Origin: Takakia lepidozioides
Lineage: Eukaryota; Plantae; Bryophyta
Direction of reading: 5' to 3'
Assembly (NCBI GenBank): GCA_030704615.1
Contig: CM060733.1
Span: 44,082,001-44,146,000 of the forward strand
DNA length: 64,000 bases
Shown piece by piece: positions 1-12,842 of the stretch. Below the pieces are notes generated by a model. The model made no database searches, had not been told where the DNA came from, and saw nothing but the letters and a program-made list of their open reading frames with translations. The position numbers and the translations under genes were made by a program. The first letter of the stretch is position 1. Each line of letters starts with the position of its first letter.

Positions 1-1458
1 AATCTTTTCTCATAGTTATCCCTCTTCAACTTCTCCTTTCTCTTACTCTTCCTTTTCAGTTCTTGCTCTTCTTCTTCATCTGACTCATCTTCAGAGTCCT
101 CATCATCCCTTTTCTCTCTCCTGAGCATTCCCAATTGCTCAATTCTGTTTGCTGTTTCAAATGCCTCCTCCACTGTATTATGGGGTAACATATCCACTTT
201 CTTCTGCAACTCTGGTCTTAGTCCACTCACAAACCAAGTCTTCTGTAAACCTGGTGCTGGTACAGCAGCCAACTTTTTCATCATCATTTCCATCTTTTCC
301 ATATACTCCTCAACAGTTTCATGCTTCTTTTGCTTTAACTGTTGTAAACTTCCATACACTTCATCCTCAGTTTTACTTGTCCTGAACCTATTTCGGAACG
401 TTGTACTCAAGCCATTCCAGGTTAGGAAATGAGTATCAGGGAGTCTTGCATACCATTCACTTGCTTTCTTTATAAGTGAACATGGAAACAGTCTCATCTT
501 GGCATCATCGCCATTCTCATTGTTCACTATACACATGTGCTCAAATTGGCTAATGTGTACATCGGGATCCCCTTTTCCTGAATATATTGGAAAAGGTGGT
601 TTTGCCCGTGTTGGTTGTAACGCCATCTGTGGCCCTACCTTCTGCCCACTGACAGGTGCTGGCACCCTTGCTGGTGCTGGTCCTTCAGGACCTGTTGTAG
701 TTGTGGTGGATCTTCCACAAAGTGGTGGCCCCTGAGCACTCCCTGCTACTGGCCCCACGATATTCACAGTATTCCCAGCTCCAGTTGCACTACTTCCCAC
801 ACTCCCTGTCCCCCCGGAGCCAGATCCAGGCAGCCCGCCTGATCCCCCTGAGCCGACACCTTCGTTGGCCTGTGATCCAAGTGCTCCACTTGATCCAGGT
901 CCAACGGGTTGGGATGTCCTGGTTGTAGTCTCAACCTCAGCTGTTGGGTCTACTTCTTCATACTCTTCCTCTTCCAATTTCTTCTCTCTATTTTCATCCT
1001 CCAAGTTCTGCCCTTGGGTTTCTTCTTCACTCATGTAACTCAACTGCAATGGTGTTGGAGAGTCTGAACTCTCCGTTGGCTCTGCCATGTCCTCTCCTCC
1101 TTCTTCACCCTCCACTTCAGAAGCTGGAGTTCCTGCTTTTGGTGTTCCATGCCAACTCTTATCAAAGATTTCTGTCAAATCTTTTATCCAGGGATGTACC
1201 TCAGATCTTTCACCTCGTGATTGATCTTCTTCCCGTACCAATTCCCTTAATCTTTCTTGCAAAGAAAAAGAAGGAGTGGCATCCAACTCTAGTTCTTCCG
1301 GTATGGGTGATGTACTCTCTGATCTTAACGGTGTGAGAGGTCCAGATGATTCCCCTATGTCTATTCCTCTCTCCCAAAGATATGGATAATTAGCTTTCAG
1401 ATAGCTTTTTCTTTTTGCTGAATATCTCTGGAGTCTAGCTTCTCTTTCATCACTCATG
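1..1458 (-). pseudogene. Degenerate gag of a Ty3/gypsy (Ogre/Tat-like) element, running off the window start
   Basis: Minus strand ~600-130 reads PPFPIYSGKGDPDVHISQFEHMC...KMRLFPCSLIKKASEWYARLP...LQQLKQKKHETVEEY...WFVSGLRPELQKKV, a retrotransposon Gag pattern. Stops/frameshifts are present. It lies downstream of a PBS and LTR. Confidence 0.8.
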
Positions 1459-1478
1459 TCCCATGTCTTTCATTTCTT

Positions 1479-1973
1479 TTAATGTGGCAATAACCAAAAC
1501 TCTCTTCTGTAATATCTCTCGTATATGCCTGGGTTTCTCTCAAGCTTCAATGTTCCTCTGGATATACTAGAAGTCTCCGTTACCATATACCCATATGGTA
1601 AACAAGTCTGAAAAGCTGTTCTTGGTGTGAGTTTGATCCACAAGATATCCTTTGGAATCCAGTTCTTTACCAGTACAAGCTCTTCATGCATATGAGTATA
1701 AACATTCACCTTTCTTTCCTCCCAGCCTTCAAACTCTACTCGTTTAATGGATAGCAATGCTATCACATAAACCAGTGTTGGTAACCAACGTGCTCTTCCT
1801 TTACAGGCCACCTGATAAATCTTTATCACTCCTTTCTCCAGACCCCATTCAGGGTCAGCATCATGCACTCTTTTAAGAATGTTTTCTTTACAACCGTCTG
1901 GCAATTCCAAGAACCTCTGAAAGAATCGTTTGGACAATCTTTCCTTCTCAGTTTCACAGGGAATTTGATTCAC
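1479..1973 (-). CDS. Extra ORF (164 aa) between PBS and gag, ORF1-like, function unknown
   Basis: Open frame in the same orientation as gag, between PBS and gag. Ogre elements carry an extra ORF in this position. Confidence 0.5.
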   Translation of the reverse strand: MNQIPCETEKERLSKRFFQRFLELPDGCKENILKRVHDADPEWGLEKGVIKIYQVACKGRARWLPTLVYVIALLSIKRVEFEGWEERKVNVYTHMHEELVLVKNWIPKDILWIKLTPRTAFQTCLPYGYMVTETSSISRGTLKLERNPGIYERYYRREFWLLPH

Positions 1974-2046
1974 ATCAAATTCTTTAATTCTCCATCCACC
2001 ATGATCGCACTAGATGTCTGTCACATCTGGTTGTTCATGACTCAGT

Positions 2047-2066
2047 TCCCCAGTATGGTCGCCAAA
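2047..2066 (-). promoter_or_regulatory. Primer-binding site (Ogre/Tat-like, probably tRNA-Arg type)
   Basis: Minus strand ...GACA|TTTGGCGACCATACTGGGGA directly follows the LTR end. Confidence 0.7.
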
Positions 2067-3165
2067 TGTCGAGCGGCTTTTACTCACCCATCCCTTCGCT
2101 ATCCGAGGTGGGAACTCCAAGATAGAAGAGTTGGAAATCTCTAAGCACTCAGCCCGCTCAGAACAATCAGTCATGACCTACAGCTAGTGTATCATGGGGG
2201 TGTTTCCTATTTGTATTCCTTCCCGTATTCATGTTAGCTAGTTACCTTACTGTTGGTATTTAAGTATCAGATTGCTTCAGCAATCTATCGGATTCCATCA
2301 ACTCATCCATTCATTCCACAACTTCACTCAGATCTCTCTACACAGTGTGAGTATGAAGTATGTATATGATTAATATCTATCAAGTATCAGGCTGAAGCCA
2401 TGGAGTCTCTAGTCTGCTCTACATTACAACTCTACTGCTTGCATTCATCAAGCATCAACAGATCGTTCTCCTCCTACTCCGTGCTCTCCCTCTTTCTACT
2501 CAGAGATGCGCTCTCCCCTTCATTTCCCCCCAGTGATGCCAGAAGTCCTCCAAGAAGTAATCCTCCAGAAGTCATTCCCCAAGAAGTGATCCCCTTTCCA
2601 ATCCCCGCTCCTGGTTTTATCTTCCTACTCGTTGTTCTAACCGTTTCCCTCACTAACCGTCCTCCGTGAACTAGCATGTTCCATTTGCAGATGTTGTTTC
2701 CCACAGTCGTTCCCTGTCATGCTGTCCGTTCCCTATGGTCGTGACAGCTGTGTCAAGCTGTGACTGGCTGTGTGAAACTGTGACGGGCTGTGACTGGCTG
2801 TGCGATTGTGTCGGGCTGTGTCGGGCTATGTGGAGCTGTGACTAGCTGTGCGACTGTGTCGAACTGTGTCGGACTGTGTCGAGCTATGACTAGCTGTGCG
2901 ACTGTGTCGAACTGTGTCGGGCTGTGTCGAGCTGTGACTGGCTGTGCGACTGTGTCGGGCTGTGTCGGGCTGTGTCGAGCTGTGACTGGCTGTGATGGGC
3001 TGTGTTGGATGTGCAAAGCTGTGATGGCTGTGTCAGATTGTAAGGGGTTGTGTTGGACTGTGATGGACTGTGTCGGGCTGTGTATCTTCCCCCCTAAAGC
3101 CTGTTGCTGTCACCCCTAAGGTTCCTGTTGGTCTCAGTCTGTGTAAAAATTAAGGGTACCCCACA
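2067..3165 (-). mobile_element. 5' LTR (~1.1 kb) of the Ogre/Tat-like element
   Basis: Minus strand starts TGTGGGGTACCCTTAATTTT and ends ...CTCGACA next to the PBS (TG...CA). The partner LTR is outside the window. Confidence 0.7.
2745..3082. repeat. Tandem ~10-bp minisatellite (CTGTGTCGGG / CTGTGACTGG variants) inside the LTR
   Basis: About 30 degenerate units visible, with a higher-order ~50-bp period. Confidence 0.9.
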
Positions 3166-3179
3166 GATCCCGTAAAAGC

Positions 3180-4214
3180 GTCTAAGTCCTAAGCAGCCCT
3201 CTAACACCGCCCCGATGGACTGCCCACCACAGCTGGAGTGCCTTCGATGGAAGCTCGCCTCTTCCTGGCCTGCACAGAATAAAAACCAATTCAAACATTA
3301 AAGTCAATCAAAGCATTCAAATGAAATCATGGCAACTTAGAAAAAATTAACGCCGTGCACCTGCCATTTTAAAGCTTTGATTGTACTCATCCTACTATGA
3401 GCAGGTTCCTCATCCCCTCAGACTCATCAGGTGCCCCACACTTCTGTTTACCCAACTTGAAAAGTGGGGGCTGAGCCAAATCTACATAGCCAATTCCAAA
3501 GCCTACCTAGTGGGGAGACCTCAGAAACCATTGGCATGCTTGTATCAAAGCGTGCATACAAGAACTTGCATCAGTGGGTAGATGGACTCATTTGAATGGA
3601 CATTGCAATTTAGTTGTAAACAGAAACATCACTGTGTATCAACCTCTTAGTAAGAGCCTTTGACTTTAACCCAAACTATGTACACGATGAAGATATAGCG
3701 AAAGGGGTTGATTACCTATCCCATTGTGGGGTTTCACGGCCTATATGCTCGGGCATCCCTTCCTTCCTACATCCCAATTTTTCCAGCAATGCCATCTCCC
3801 CAATGTGAAATTCCCAAAGTGAGAACTTTCCAAATGTGATTGCATTCAAAGTTGTGCCACGTCCATTGCCAGATTTTTTGTGGCTTCCACCTTTCAACCT
3901 CTTCTGTGTGGGAAGTGCATTTACATCCTGGAATGCTAAGAAAGTCTCAGACACGTTCTGTACATTTGCATGCTTCCTTCATGGGTATGCTGAGCATGTC
4001 AATGCATAGAAATGCTGAAGATGTGGCGTCATAGTGAGGAGGTGCTTACAGATGGTGATTTTGCCGGCGACGGGCGTTTTTGGGGAAGCGAGGGTGCATG
4101 AGCTGGGTGGCAAAGAACATCTTTGGTAGAATCTCCAGTGTGCTCGCCCGCAGGGACACACAACAAATCCTCCTCCTCGTCTTCGTCTATGTACTGCCGT
4201 GCCTCGTCGGCCAT
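3180..4214 (-). pseudogene. Spliced, decayed gene divergent from TnpD; possible CACTA second gene (TnpA-like)
   Basis: Exon MADEARQYIDED...SPAKSPS|GTAAGC, then AG|NVSETF...GMPEHIGRETPQWD|GTAATC. Later exons contain stops. Cut by the LTR at 3165. Product identity is inference only. Confidence 0.35.
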
Positions 4215-4820
4215 TGTTTCTAGCCTTCCACTGCGTCTGGGTGGTCCCGTGGGTAGTGGAGGTCGACGGCAAGCACGCTTTGGTTTCGGAGCAACAAGCC
4301 TGCAATCCTCGCCCCATGAAGAAATTAACCAATCCCGCTCTCTTCATGGTGCGCCATGATAGTGTGGAGACAGGCGTCGCCTCACAACCATCATTCTGTG
4401 TACTTAGCAATGCAATCCCAACACTGGGAATGTAGAAAAACTCGTAAACCCAAAAGACAAGGATGCGGGCAATTTCAGGCTAAACCGTAGACCTCTCACA
4501 TTTTAAGAAAAAAACCCTAATGACAAGCCCCTGCAATGCGATGTCTGACAACCCCAAACTAAAGTATTCGGGTCAGTTGATCACTTTGGTTGAGGTGGAA
4601 TGCTCTCCTGCGAGATTTAGGCCACAACACTAGGGTGAGCCGCCTCTTAGTATACTCACAGTGGGTGCGAACCAAACAACTCCGCCTTAACCTCTTTGTT
4701 GCGAGCAATGCAGGTCTCCCTTAGCTTCTCATACGCAGTCAGGGGACTGCATGGGGAGGGCCTGACCATGGCAGTCTGACATCAGCTGCAAAGACCCTTG
4801 CACACCCCCTGTGTAAGTAC

Positions 4821-7800
4821 AATGTATACAACGAGAGCGGGGTTTCAGCTGACAGCTCAACGACTCCGTGTGCGCAAGAAAGATGAGAAACTGTGGCGAC
4901 TAGAGGAGGCGCATGCCATTGCACAAGGGCACCGCAAAATATTGTGCAACTGCAGAGATGCCATGGAGGGATCTCGCAGTTTCTACCGATGGTCAAAAAG
5001 CACCTAACAAAGTATGGGAGGGACCCAAACCTTTGACAGTGTACAGTCCCGGTACACCTTGCACGATGCACGCACTCTGACATGCTCGCAGCACGCCCGC
5101 GCATGTCCGCATTTTGGACAGTCGTGGGAGTGACTGGAGTCCGAACTACGTGTCATTCTTCCGTTGGATGTATTGGAGTCATGGAGTCGTAGTGATGGAG
5201 TCATGTAGTTGGTAGTGCGTCAGAGTAGTCGTGTCCATGACTTCATGACCGCGGATCATGGACATTTCAACTACGTGGTGTTCTTCCATTGGTTGTACTG
5301 GAGTCATGTAGTCAGGGTCATGACTACATGGTCGCTGTTGACTGCCATGTGTGAAGGCAATATGCATTTTGGGCTTTTGGCAGTTTGTTGCCATGTGTCA
5401 TGCCTTCAACGCACTGCCCACTTGGGCATATTTGTTGAGAGCTTTCACTTTGTCGGTCTGTGCAGATAGTTGTCTGTATGTGGGGATGGGTATGTTTGTT
5501 TTGTTTTTCGATGAAAACTGTGTTCCTACTTTGCCGTATTATATGAGAGTAGTTTTCATTTGTGTTTGTGTCTGAGCTCCACAAGCTGCTTCGAAATGAA
5601 GTCTGTGGCCGACCAATTTCGTCTCCTGATTCGTAAGTGCGGGGGAGACTTGCAGCATTCACCTGTATTGAACTAGTGCAATTCTACAAAGTGTTTGCTT
5701 ACATGACAGTGTTTAAATGAAATTTCAGAATATGGGAGTTTTGAAAAAAGCCCGTTCATCGTATCCCAATTTATGACTTCATTTGCGTTCACAGGGCTAC
5801 ATTACATCCGACTCTGAAGTGGAGGCTGAATGTAGCCTAGAGAGTGTTGCAAACGACGTCAATTTGGAAGGACAAGACGACAATGGGCTACGGGGTCAGA
5901 TTGCCCGTGCTGTGCAAGATGCATTTGAAATATCAGATACCCTCCGGGAGAATCCCACACCTGCCCCAAATGCCCTTCACTTGGACAATGATGAGGCTGT
6001 TGAGAATGGCGCAAATCCCTCTGAAATGCCTGATGGGGAAAATATGGGCGGAGAAGAAGTAGGCGCGCCAAATGATCTTCACCATGGAAAACTCATGCGA
6101 GAGTCCCAAATCCCCTTATATGATGGGAGCGTTCACAGCCGATTGACTGCCACATTGATGTTGCTCAATTCTTGCGCCACTCACAGATGTACCAACGTAT
6201 TTGTGGATGAGTTATTTCCATTGTTGAGGCTGGAGATTTTGCCCAAACAAAACACCTTGCCCAAATCGCAGTATGAGGCCAAAAATATGATCGCCATGAT
6301 GGGTCTAGGATACAAATAGATCCATGCCTGTGAGCGTGGATGTGTATTGTTTCGTGGAGACCTCGAAAAAGCTGCTAATTGCCCCAAGTGCCACAGTCCT
6401 CGATACATGGACGGCCGTGGGAAGGTGCCCAAGAAGGTGTTGCGATACTTTCCTCTCATACCTAGATTGAAACGGATGTTTCGAGTTAAGACGCTGGCAG
6501 AGCTCATGAAGTGGCACAACAATCATAGAAGTGCAGATGGCATGGTCCGGCATGCTGCAGACAGTAAGGCTTGGTGCCATATTGACAACACATGGCCGAA
6601 TTTTGCTTCAGATCCAAGAAATTTGCGTCTTGGATTGGCACTGGATGGGGTCAATCCTTATGGCACCAAATCCGCTTCTTGGTCCACCTGGCCCATCATG
6701 GTGCTCAATTATAATCTACCTCCATGGTTGGTAATGAAGATTTTTTTTGTCATGTTAACACTCCTCATTCCTGGAAAGGAATTTGTGACAAGTGAAAATG
6801 TGGATGTTTACCTGCAACCACTAGTGGAGGAGCTAACGACATTGTGGGTGGGAGTTGCAGCCGTGGATGTGGCAGCCATTGAAGGAGAGCGGGCTTTTAC
6901 CATGCGTGCAGTCCTCATGTGGTCCATACATGACTTCCCCGCCTATGGCTTGTTATCAGGTCAGGTTCACCAAGGGTACTCTGCTTGTCCAGCATGTGGA
7001 CCTCAAGTCGATTCCAGATATTCCCCAGCTTGTAAGAAATTGATATTCCAGGGGCATCGACGCTATCTTCCCCACAATCATGCCTATAGAAGATCCAGAC
7101 TTTTTAATGGGGCGCGAGACATGAGACCTGCTCCACATACAGTGACAGCCACCGAAATCAAGGAGTGTGCACGACATTACAAACAATGGATTGATGATGG
7201 TGGGACTGTAGGCACACAGAACGATCCCTCCAAGCTCCATGGCGTAAAACGATTGTCCATTCTGTTTGACTTGCCTTACTGGGAGGTGCGATTACCACAC
7301 CTGTGTTTTGGGAACATAACAGTGCATTGGTTTTTCATTGTGCATGATTGTTTGTTTACTGAACCTGTGCTGTTAACATCATTCATGACTGCATTGCAAT
7401 GTGCCTAATTTGTTAGACCACATGGTGCAGCATCTTATCATCCGCCACACTTTTGATACCATGCATTGCGAGAAAAATGTGACGGAGAACATAATCAAGA
7501 CTCTTTTCGGCGAAAAGGACACGATGCAAGTTCGCCGCGATCTGGAATTGCAGGGCATTTGAAAGCCTCTTTGGTTACGACGCCATCCCACCAGAGTGAA
7601 TACATTGGTAATGCCTGATGCGCGATATGTGCTCACAAAACCAGAGCAGCGGGTGTTCCTGGAGATTATCACGAATCTGAAAGTACCCACTGGCTATGCC
7701 TCTGCTTTCAAAAAACATGTGGTCAAACAAAAGTTGAGCCAATTGAAGTCACATGATTATCACGTGCTAATGCAACAGATCCTCCCACTTGCTCTACGTG

Positions 7801-9354
7801 GGTTGATGGCGCCTGGGGTTCGCAATGCCATACTAAGAGTGTCCCGTGTGTTTCGCAAGCTTTGTGCAAAATTCATTGATCCCCCCGAGCATGAGGAATT
7901 GAAGGAGGAGGTGGCAGTGACTCTTTGTCTTCTAGAGAAAGAGTTCCCACCCTCATTTTTTGATGTTATGACACATTTACTTATCCACTTGGTGGATGAG
8001 CTGGATTTGTGTGGACCTGTAGCTTCTCGGTGGATGTACCCGGTGGAGAGAGCAATGAAGGATTTTAAAGGGTATGTGCGAAACTTGGCAAAGCCTGAGG
8101 GCAATATGGCGGAGGGCTACGTGTTTGACGAGGCATTGGGATTTTGTACAGAGTACTTGTCTTCTGTTGATGCTACTAGGCGGAGAGTGTGGGATGCAGG
8201 AGAGGAGGAATCAGTGTTGGGCTGGGTGTTGGAAGGAGTTGGTCGACCACGGAGGTTGACCCTCGAATTGTTGCAGCTTGTCCACGACTGCATCATTCAC
8301 AACCATCCCAGTTTGAGCATTATGTTGGGGTAAGTGGCAAACGTGAGTGCATGTCACAGCTTCCAGTACCTGCTATGCATGGGTATGCTTTGTATAGGTG
8401 TGTGTGCAGTAGTTCTTCCATTGGCTGCAGGGGTTGCACTAGATAAATTTCTGTGGTTGTGCGTGTGTTGGCAGGTCCTATGAGGTGGAGAAATGCAGGT
8501 TGGAGACTGAAAATGCTGCTAACTAGAACAAGATCCGTGCTCTCCCTCACTTTGCAAAATGGCTGGTAAAAGCAGTCCGCCAGCATGTGTCAAGTGTTGC
8601 CAACCATGCTACTGATTCAGCCTGCAAGGAATTGTTGGACATGTCCAAACCCCCATCATTAATCGCAACATCATACAAGAGCATGTCGGCTTATGGAAAC
8701 CACTTCAGGGTTACTTCATATGGACTCAACAGCCCCTTTGTGACATATGACTCGGGGGTCTTTACTGTTTTCCAGCATGACAGTACTTGCATTAATCGTG
8801 AGCAGGTGGTGGAAAGCGTACGGTATGTCGGTGTCATAAAGGAGATTGTAGAATTGGATTATGGCTCCACACACACCACGGTGCTATTGTGTTCATGGGT
8901 ACGTGCACGACGTGTGGGCTCTCAGCCTATGTCAATGAAGCAGGATGACTCTGGCTTCACATTGGTGAATTTCTCCCACTTGTTGCCTCCACTTGAACAG
9001 CCTTTTGTGCTCCCATCACAAGTCGAGCAAGTTTTTTTCTCTGAGTGTGTGAATGAACCGAGATGGAATGTGGTGCTGGAAAAAAACCCCAGGTCACGCA
9101 GGGCTGTTTCTGATGTGAGCATTTGCAACGATGATATTGCAAGTGTATCAGGCCTCTTAGCCCCCAATCACATTGAAGAGACCAATGTTGCTGGTGACAG
9201 GGTGGGCCAGACCATCCAAGTGACACCTGAAGAGGTTGCTTCACTTTACAGAGACATGCGATCTGAGGAAGCACATCCATGTCCCACGGAGGATAGTTGC
9301 GATGGAGATTCAGAGTCCAGTGATGAGGAGTTGGTTGATGTGGATGTGTACTAG
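4821..9354 (+). pseudogene. CACTA/En-Spm TnpD transposase (element 1), spliced and inactivated
   Basis: Exon ~4821-5051 has the transposase-associated Zn motif (ILCNCRD..VKKHLTKYG). Exon 5795-7285 is Transposase_21-like (LRYFPLIPRLKRMF, LRLGLALDGVNP, WSIHDFPAYG). Exon 7431-8329 is DUF4218-like (LKSHDYH, FFDVMTHLLIHL, WMYPVER). About 8480-9354 is DUF4216-like (PFVLPSQVEQVFF). Stops at ~6317 and ~7560. Confidence 0.93.
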
Positions 9355-10949
9355 TACCTAGAATGAGGTACGACTTCCCCCCCCAACTGCCTTCCTCTAT
9401 TTCAAGTATATGAAGGGTGGTATTGGGCAAAGTTGAATATGTAATCCCGGTTGATTCATGAATAATGTGGGATTCATAAGACTGGCACTAAGGGTTGCCC
9501 TTGGGGGTGTCCTTTTTGCAGGGTGTTGGGGGTGTCCAACTTACATGGCGTGTCTGTCTGGCAACGTGTCATGACATTTATGTCACTATAGACTTTGGAA
9601 CGACATGCAGATTTACACATCAGTTCTGCCTTTGGGTACATTGTTGACAAAGTGCATGTGCCTTCCAGTTTACATTATATAATTGCCCCAGTGATTTTGT
9701 GGGTCTTATATTGGGCAGGCTCGTGTTTATGGACCATTGAATACCAGTGGAGTGCTTTTAAGCTTGGTCCCTACTTATCATGTTTGCATTTTTCCCCAAA
9801 AGAATCTGGCAATCCGCATAGATGATGCTCTGGCTGGTTGAGTGGGTTCTTTGCGTAGATGCATTATGGGCAGTTTCTCTCATGCCCCAGCTAACACCAT
9901 GTGACTCACTTGTATAGTCCCCCATCTGTGAATGGCTCAAGCAGGGTGCAGTACATTCAGCACTACAATGCTGCTGCCCTGCAGGTGTTCCATGCCTTGC
10001 ACCACATCATTATTCCCCGATGTCATCATGCTGCTGCTCTAGCTTGGGGCAGGTCATTGGGGATATGTACATTAGAGAGAACAACATGAGCTGTTATCTC
10101 AGTTGTTTTATCATACAAGAAGCTGAATTCATGGGCTCTCCCATTCTTAGAACACTCCCCCATGGCAAAGTGGGTGGATCGGAACATACCGTATTGCCAA
10201 GCTTCTATTCCAGTAGCACACGGCGTGGAGCTCCGGGACGGCCTGCTACAGGGACGACATGCACAAGGCGATATGTTAGAGTGTATTGGATTTCATATTT
10301 TGTTGGTGATCTTGGTTACTGCCCAAAGACTTTTGTTGAGCCCATGTTTTGCATCACTCTCATGAGTGATTTTTTGATTTGCATGAATTTGCCTATCCCC
10401 TGAATGCATCATTTGTTCGTCTGTCATTCCGCAGTATGAGGCTTGTTGTTGATGTTGTCGGCGATCAACAAACACTAAAATGCACGTCGCCATTTGAACG
10501 TAACGTCACAAACAGATGCGGTTCCAGATCGCCTCTCTAGCATGTTGGCTTCACGTTCCATTCTTCTCCACAAAGCGCAAACGGCCTACTAAGCTGCTTC
10601 ATGTGCAACCGTTCCCTTCACTTGCATCCCCCGCACCACAATATCAAAACCACTTAACCAATCATATGTAGACACCTCATAAGTTGTTCCATGTCACAGA
10701 CTCTCCATGTCATGACGGCATGTGATGATCTGGCAGAATACATTAGAGTGGCAGTCATGAAGTCATATGTCCGTCTAGCAATATGCACACGTCATTCACG
10801 TATGGGCATGACCCTGACTGGTAGTCATATCCGCCATGGCAATATTCCTGGTCAAAGGGTGTTTGACTTGTGTTGCGCAAAGTTCGGAGTCATACAGTCG
10901 CATAACCGGCTTCGTCGTGATCTATGTTATGACTTCAAAAGGCATTTAC

Positions 10950-11766
10950 GACTGCAAATGGCATTTCTGCCACAAATCGGTCGTGACTGCGCACCCATGG
11001 AATCATAAAAGCCGCAATCTGTTGTAGTGTGAGATGATTCGGAGGAACCCACACGGTGCTGTACCTGCACCTTGTTTCAGCGGTAGATTTTTTACTCCCA
11101 CATTTGCTCACGCCACAACGCAGACGTTTTGGTTCTGTAGGCACAACATAATGACCTGTGTATTTGGCAAGCCCAAGTACGGGATTCAGGGAATGCCGGA
11201 GCCTCCGAGCGTCTGGCCTGTTGCACCGGGTTGCAGCCTCTCTCAGAATGAGGCGGATGCTCTATCTGCAGCAGGATTTCGAATGGTGCAACGCACAGAC
11301 GTCCCGGCCCACGCATTTCCAGTTCCTCAGACCTAGCCATTTGCAGACTGCTCGGTCTAGTAGAGACGGATTGGACAATTCTGCACATCCCACAATGCGA
11401 TTCGGAAGAGTGAAGAGGCGACACCCTCCCAACAAGTTGAATGAGACTCGGATTGCCAATGCTCTTGGGATAGCTTGCACTATTCAGAGCTCCGTGGACG
11501 TACCTCCACCTGGCCTTGGGCATGTTTATCGGATGGCAACGGCTGGCTCGGCTGTACGCGACGATGTATACACAATTACGATTGGAGTGGAGCCGACTTG
11601 CAATTGTACGGACTTCTCGTTGATGGAAGCAAATAAGGGTTCAAAGTATTACATTTACCTGAAGAGGTTGAGGATGAACGTGACTATTGATGACTTTATT
11701 CATGCACCGGCGTTGAGCGTGAACGAGCTGCACAAACTCCTCCTTAGGGATTCCAGAAATCATTGA
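10950..11766 (+). pseudogene. C-terminal fragment of a SWIM-zinc-finger (MULE-related) gene inside CACTA element 1
   Basis: FWFC...PPSVWPVAPGCSLSQNEADALSAAGF and YTITIGVEPTCNCTDF...FIHAPALSVNE align by eye with the C-terminus of the gene at 35937-39433. The CKH half of SWIM is missing. Confidence 0.7.
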
Positions 11767-11924
11767 TGGGGCAAAGGGAATCCTCCATATGGATATTTTC
11801 AATTGCATTTTCATGCATCAGATTTTTTTTTGCAGTGTAATGAAATGCACCCCAAAACTCCTGGAATGAGGCAATATTCCATTCAAACTGAGATCCAACA
11901 GAAGCAATTGTGGGGCCATTTATG

Positions 11925-12568
11925 GAAAAATGGCGCCGAATTCTCTATTTTGGGCTGAAAACTGGCTAAGTCCCAACATGCACTGGTACCCCTGTGTCTG
12001 GAAAAATGGCGCCGAATTTCCCTATTTTGGGCCGAAAACTGGCTAAGTCCGAACATGCACGGGAACGATGTCTGGAAAAATGGCGCCGAATTTCCAGTTA
12101 CATGGCCCAGAACTGCCCAACATCTGTGCAATCCCCGGCACCATGTTCCGAAATTCGGCGCCACATTTCCAAATTTTGGGCTTACACACCTGTCATGAGG
12201 GGACCTATAGCCGCGGAATTCGGCACCATTTTTCGCCAGAGAGACCTATTACCGCGAAATACGTCGCGGTTTTTTTCGGTTGCGGACCCTATTACCGCGA
12301 AATTCGGCGCCATTTTTGCACATGTCGCTCGGAATTGGCATGAGCAGAAGACGAAATATCATGAGCACAACTCTCAAAACTACAATTTTCCCTTCAATCA
12401 ATGAATAATGTATTTGTTTTTGTTTTTTTTTGTTTTTTTTTCTGACACATTGCATTAAAATAATGTTTTTTATTTTCGAAATTTGTACTTCTGCTCATGA
12501 AAACCGATTGTCTTGCTACTCCGCTCATGCCGCTCATGCTCATGAAATAGCTAACCTCCCTTGTAGTG
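11925..12568. mobile_element. Right end of CACTA element 1: subterminal repeats and TIR
   Basis: Direct and inverted AAAATGGCGCCGAATTT copies at 11925-12315. Terminal TTGTAGTG at 12561-12568 (reverse complement CACTACAAGGGAGG). Confidence 0.8.
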
Positions 12569-12842
12569 GTTATTTCTTACTTTCCGAGTGGTAAGTAGCA
12601 GTATTGCATATAAATTGGACTTCACATTAATAACTCATGGAGTGGTAAAAGGTAGTATTTGATGCTCAGGAAGTTGTTGACATCACTTGAGAGGCTAATA
12701 ATGTACTAAATGAGTTATTTGAACCACTGTCATGCATCACAGCCACTTTAGACATGGAAGTATATAGTGCTCATAAATGAATTTGATTTGTATATGACTG
12801 CAATCTGTCGGAATGTTCCTGAAATGGTGTCACCAATTGCAG

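Noticed and set aside
2753-3119. Repetitive Cys- or Pro/Thr-rich ORFs
   Set aside because: Translations of the LTR minisatellite.
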